Positions 62,890 through 64,000 of a stretch of DNA of 64,000 bases are shown one piece after another. The position numbers were made by a program, and so were the translations under genes. The notes under the pieces were generated by a model. It saw nothing but the letters and a program-made list of their open reading frames with translations. It was not told the origin of the DNA and did not search any database. Every line of letters begins with the position of its first letter. Positions within the stretch are counted from its first letter, which is position 1. The stretch is from Leucoraja ocellata (Eukaryota), in contig JAWMAR010000009.1 in assembly GCA_036785375.1 (NCBI GenBank), positions 16,554,001 to 16,618,000 of the forward strand, in the 5' to 3' direction.

Positions 62890-63072
62890 TGTGTAGGAAG
62901 AAACTGCAGCTGCTGGTTTGAATCAAAGATAGACACAAAATGCTGGAGTAACTCAGCGGGGACAGGCAGCATCTCTGGAGAGAAGGAATGGGTGACGTTT
63001 GAAGCACCGCCCATTCCTTCTCTCCAGATATGCTGCCTCTCCCGCTGAGTTACTCCAGCATTTTGTGTGTCT
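62890..63072. mobile_element. Fold-back Penelope-derived repeat
   Basis: Inverted arms join at gacgtttgaagcac (~62993-63008). Confidence 0.7.
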
Positions 63073-63614
63073 CTCTCTGATCTCCTTGCTCAGCTTCCCA
63101 ACATCCTTCAGCCAGAGGGTCAGCCAGACACGTCCCGTCCTCCGACGTCTACCCTCAAGAATGGAGGACAAGAACTTAAACCTTGGATGCAGTTGAATTT
63201 TGATGCCGAGGGGAAACAATTAATATTTACTCTCTCCGTTTGCACACGCCTAGTTACATGCATGGTTTAGGGGTGCATTCAAACTTCCACACGCCCTGAA
63301 GTTCTATTTGTGGAATAAAGATGTCAAACATCACTAATTTTACCAACAATCTTGCCAAAAACTGAAAGAGACAAGATAGTTTAGTTTAGTTTTTTATTGT
63401 TACGTGTACCGAAGTTCAGTGAAAAGCTTTTTAGCTCCGGGCTATCCAGCCAGCGAAACGACTGTCTATAACTACAATCAAGCTGATACAGGATAAAGGG
63501 AATAACATTTAGTGCAAGATAAGGTCAGATGAAAGATGGTTCAAAAGTCTCCAATGAGGTAGATGGGAGATGAAGACTGCTCTCCAGGTTGTAATAGGAT
63601 GACAACCGTTTAAT

Positions 63615-64000
63615 CCTGGCTGATCTACCTCTCCAACTCAACCCCATTCTCCCGTCTTCTCCCCATAACCCTTGACACCCATACTAATCAAGAACCTGCC
63701 AATCTCCGCCTTAAAAATACTCAATGACTTGGCCTCCACAGCTGTCTGTGGCAATGTATTCCATAGATTCACCAGCCTATAACTAAATAAATTCCTCCTC
63801 ATCTCCTTTCTGTAGATACGTCCTTTTATACCGAGGCTGTGCCCTCTAGTCCTAGACTCTCCCACTAATGAAATAATCCTCTCCACATCCACTCTATCTA
63901 GATCTTTCATTATTCTGTTAGTTTTAATGAGGTCCCCCCCCCCCCCCCCACCCCTTACCCTTCTAAACTCCAGTGAGTAAAGGCACAGTGCCATTAAATA
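63615..64000 (-). mobile_element. CR1-like LINE 3' fragment
   Basis: ORF 63638-63994 YSLEFRR...GESRTRGHSL...LWNTLPQ. Confidence 0.85.

Noticed and set aside
1256-63072. Recurrent palindromic repeats as a CRISPR array or bacterial REP elements
   Set aside because: They are dispersed, have no regular spacers, sit in a vertebrate context and are linked to a Penelope GIY-YIG remnant.

Overview
Vertebrate genomic DNA, very repeat-rich. The repeat content (HE1-like V-SINEs, SacSINE1-like Deu-SINEs, CR1/HER1-like LINEs) points to a cartilaginous fish, probably a skate or ray; this is an inference. The only host coding sequence I can support is coding exon 1 of a Tbr1-subfamily T-box gene, most likely TBX21/T-bet (minus strand, 4082-3556). 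About 60 kb of apparently gene-free upstream DNA follows, containing one intact tRNA-Cys(GCA) gene (43001-43072). The rest is nested mobile DNA: CR1, Rex1/Babar, RTE, an L1 ORF1, Penelope-like fragments, SINEs and PIF/Harbinger-type MITEs. Main finds: (1) a 139-bp TSD-flanked retro-insertion whose 5' end is exactly G1 of a minimal CPEB3/HDV-like ribozyme fold; (2) about two dozen Penelope-associated minimal hammerhead ribozyme motifs, often at the centre of fold-back insertions; (3) a MITE inserted twice at the same TTA in the tRNA-like head of two different SINE subtypes; (4) a MITE carrying a 5'-intact, ORF1-only L1; (5) a tRNA gene without a T4 terminator running into a LINE 3' tail. Repeat boundaries were read by eye and are approximate unless TSDs are quoted. 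No database searches were run.
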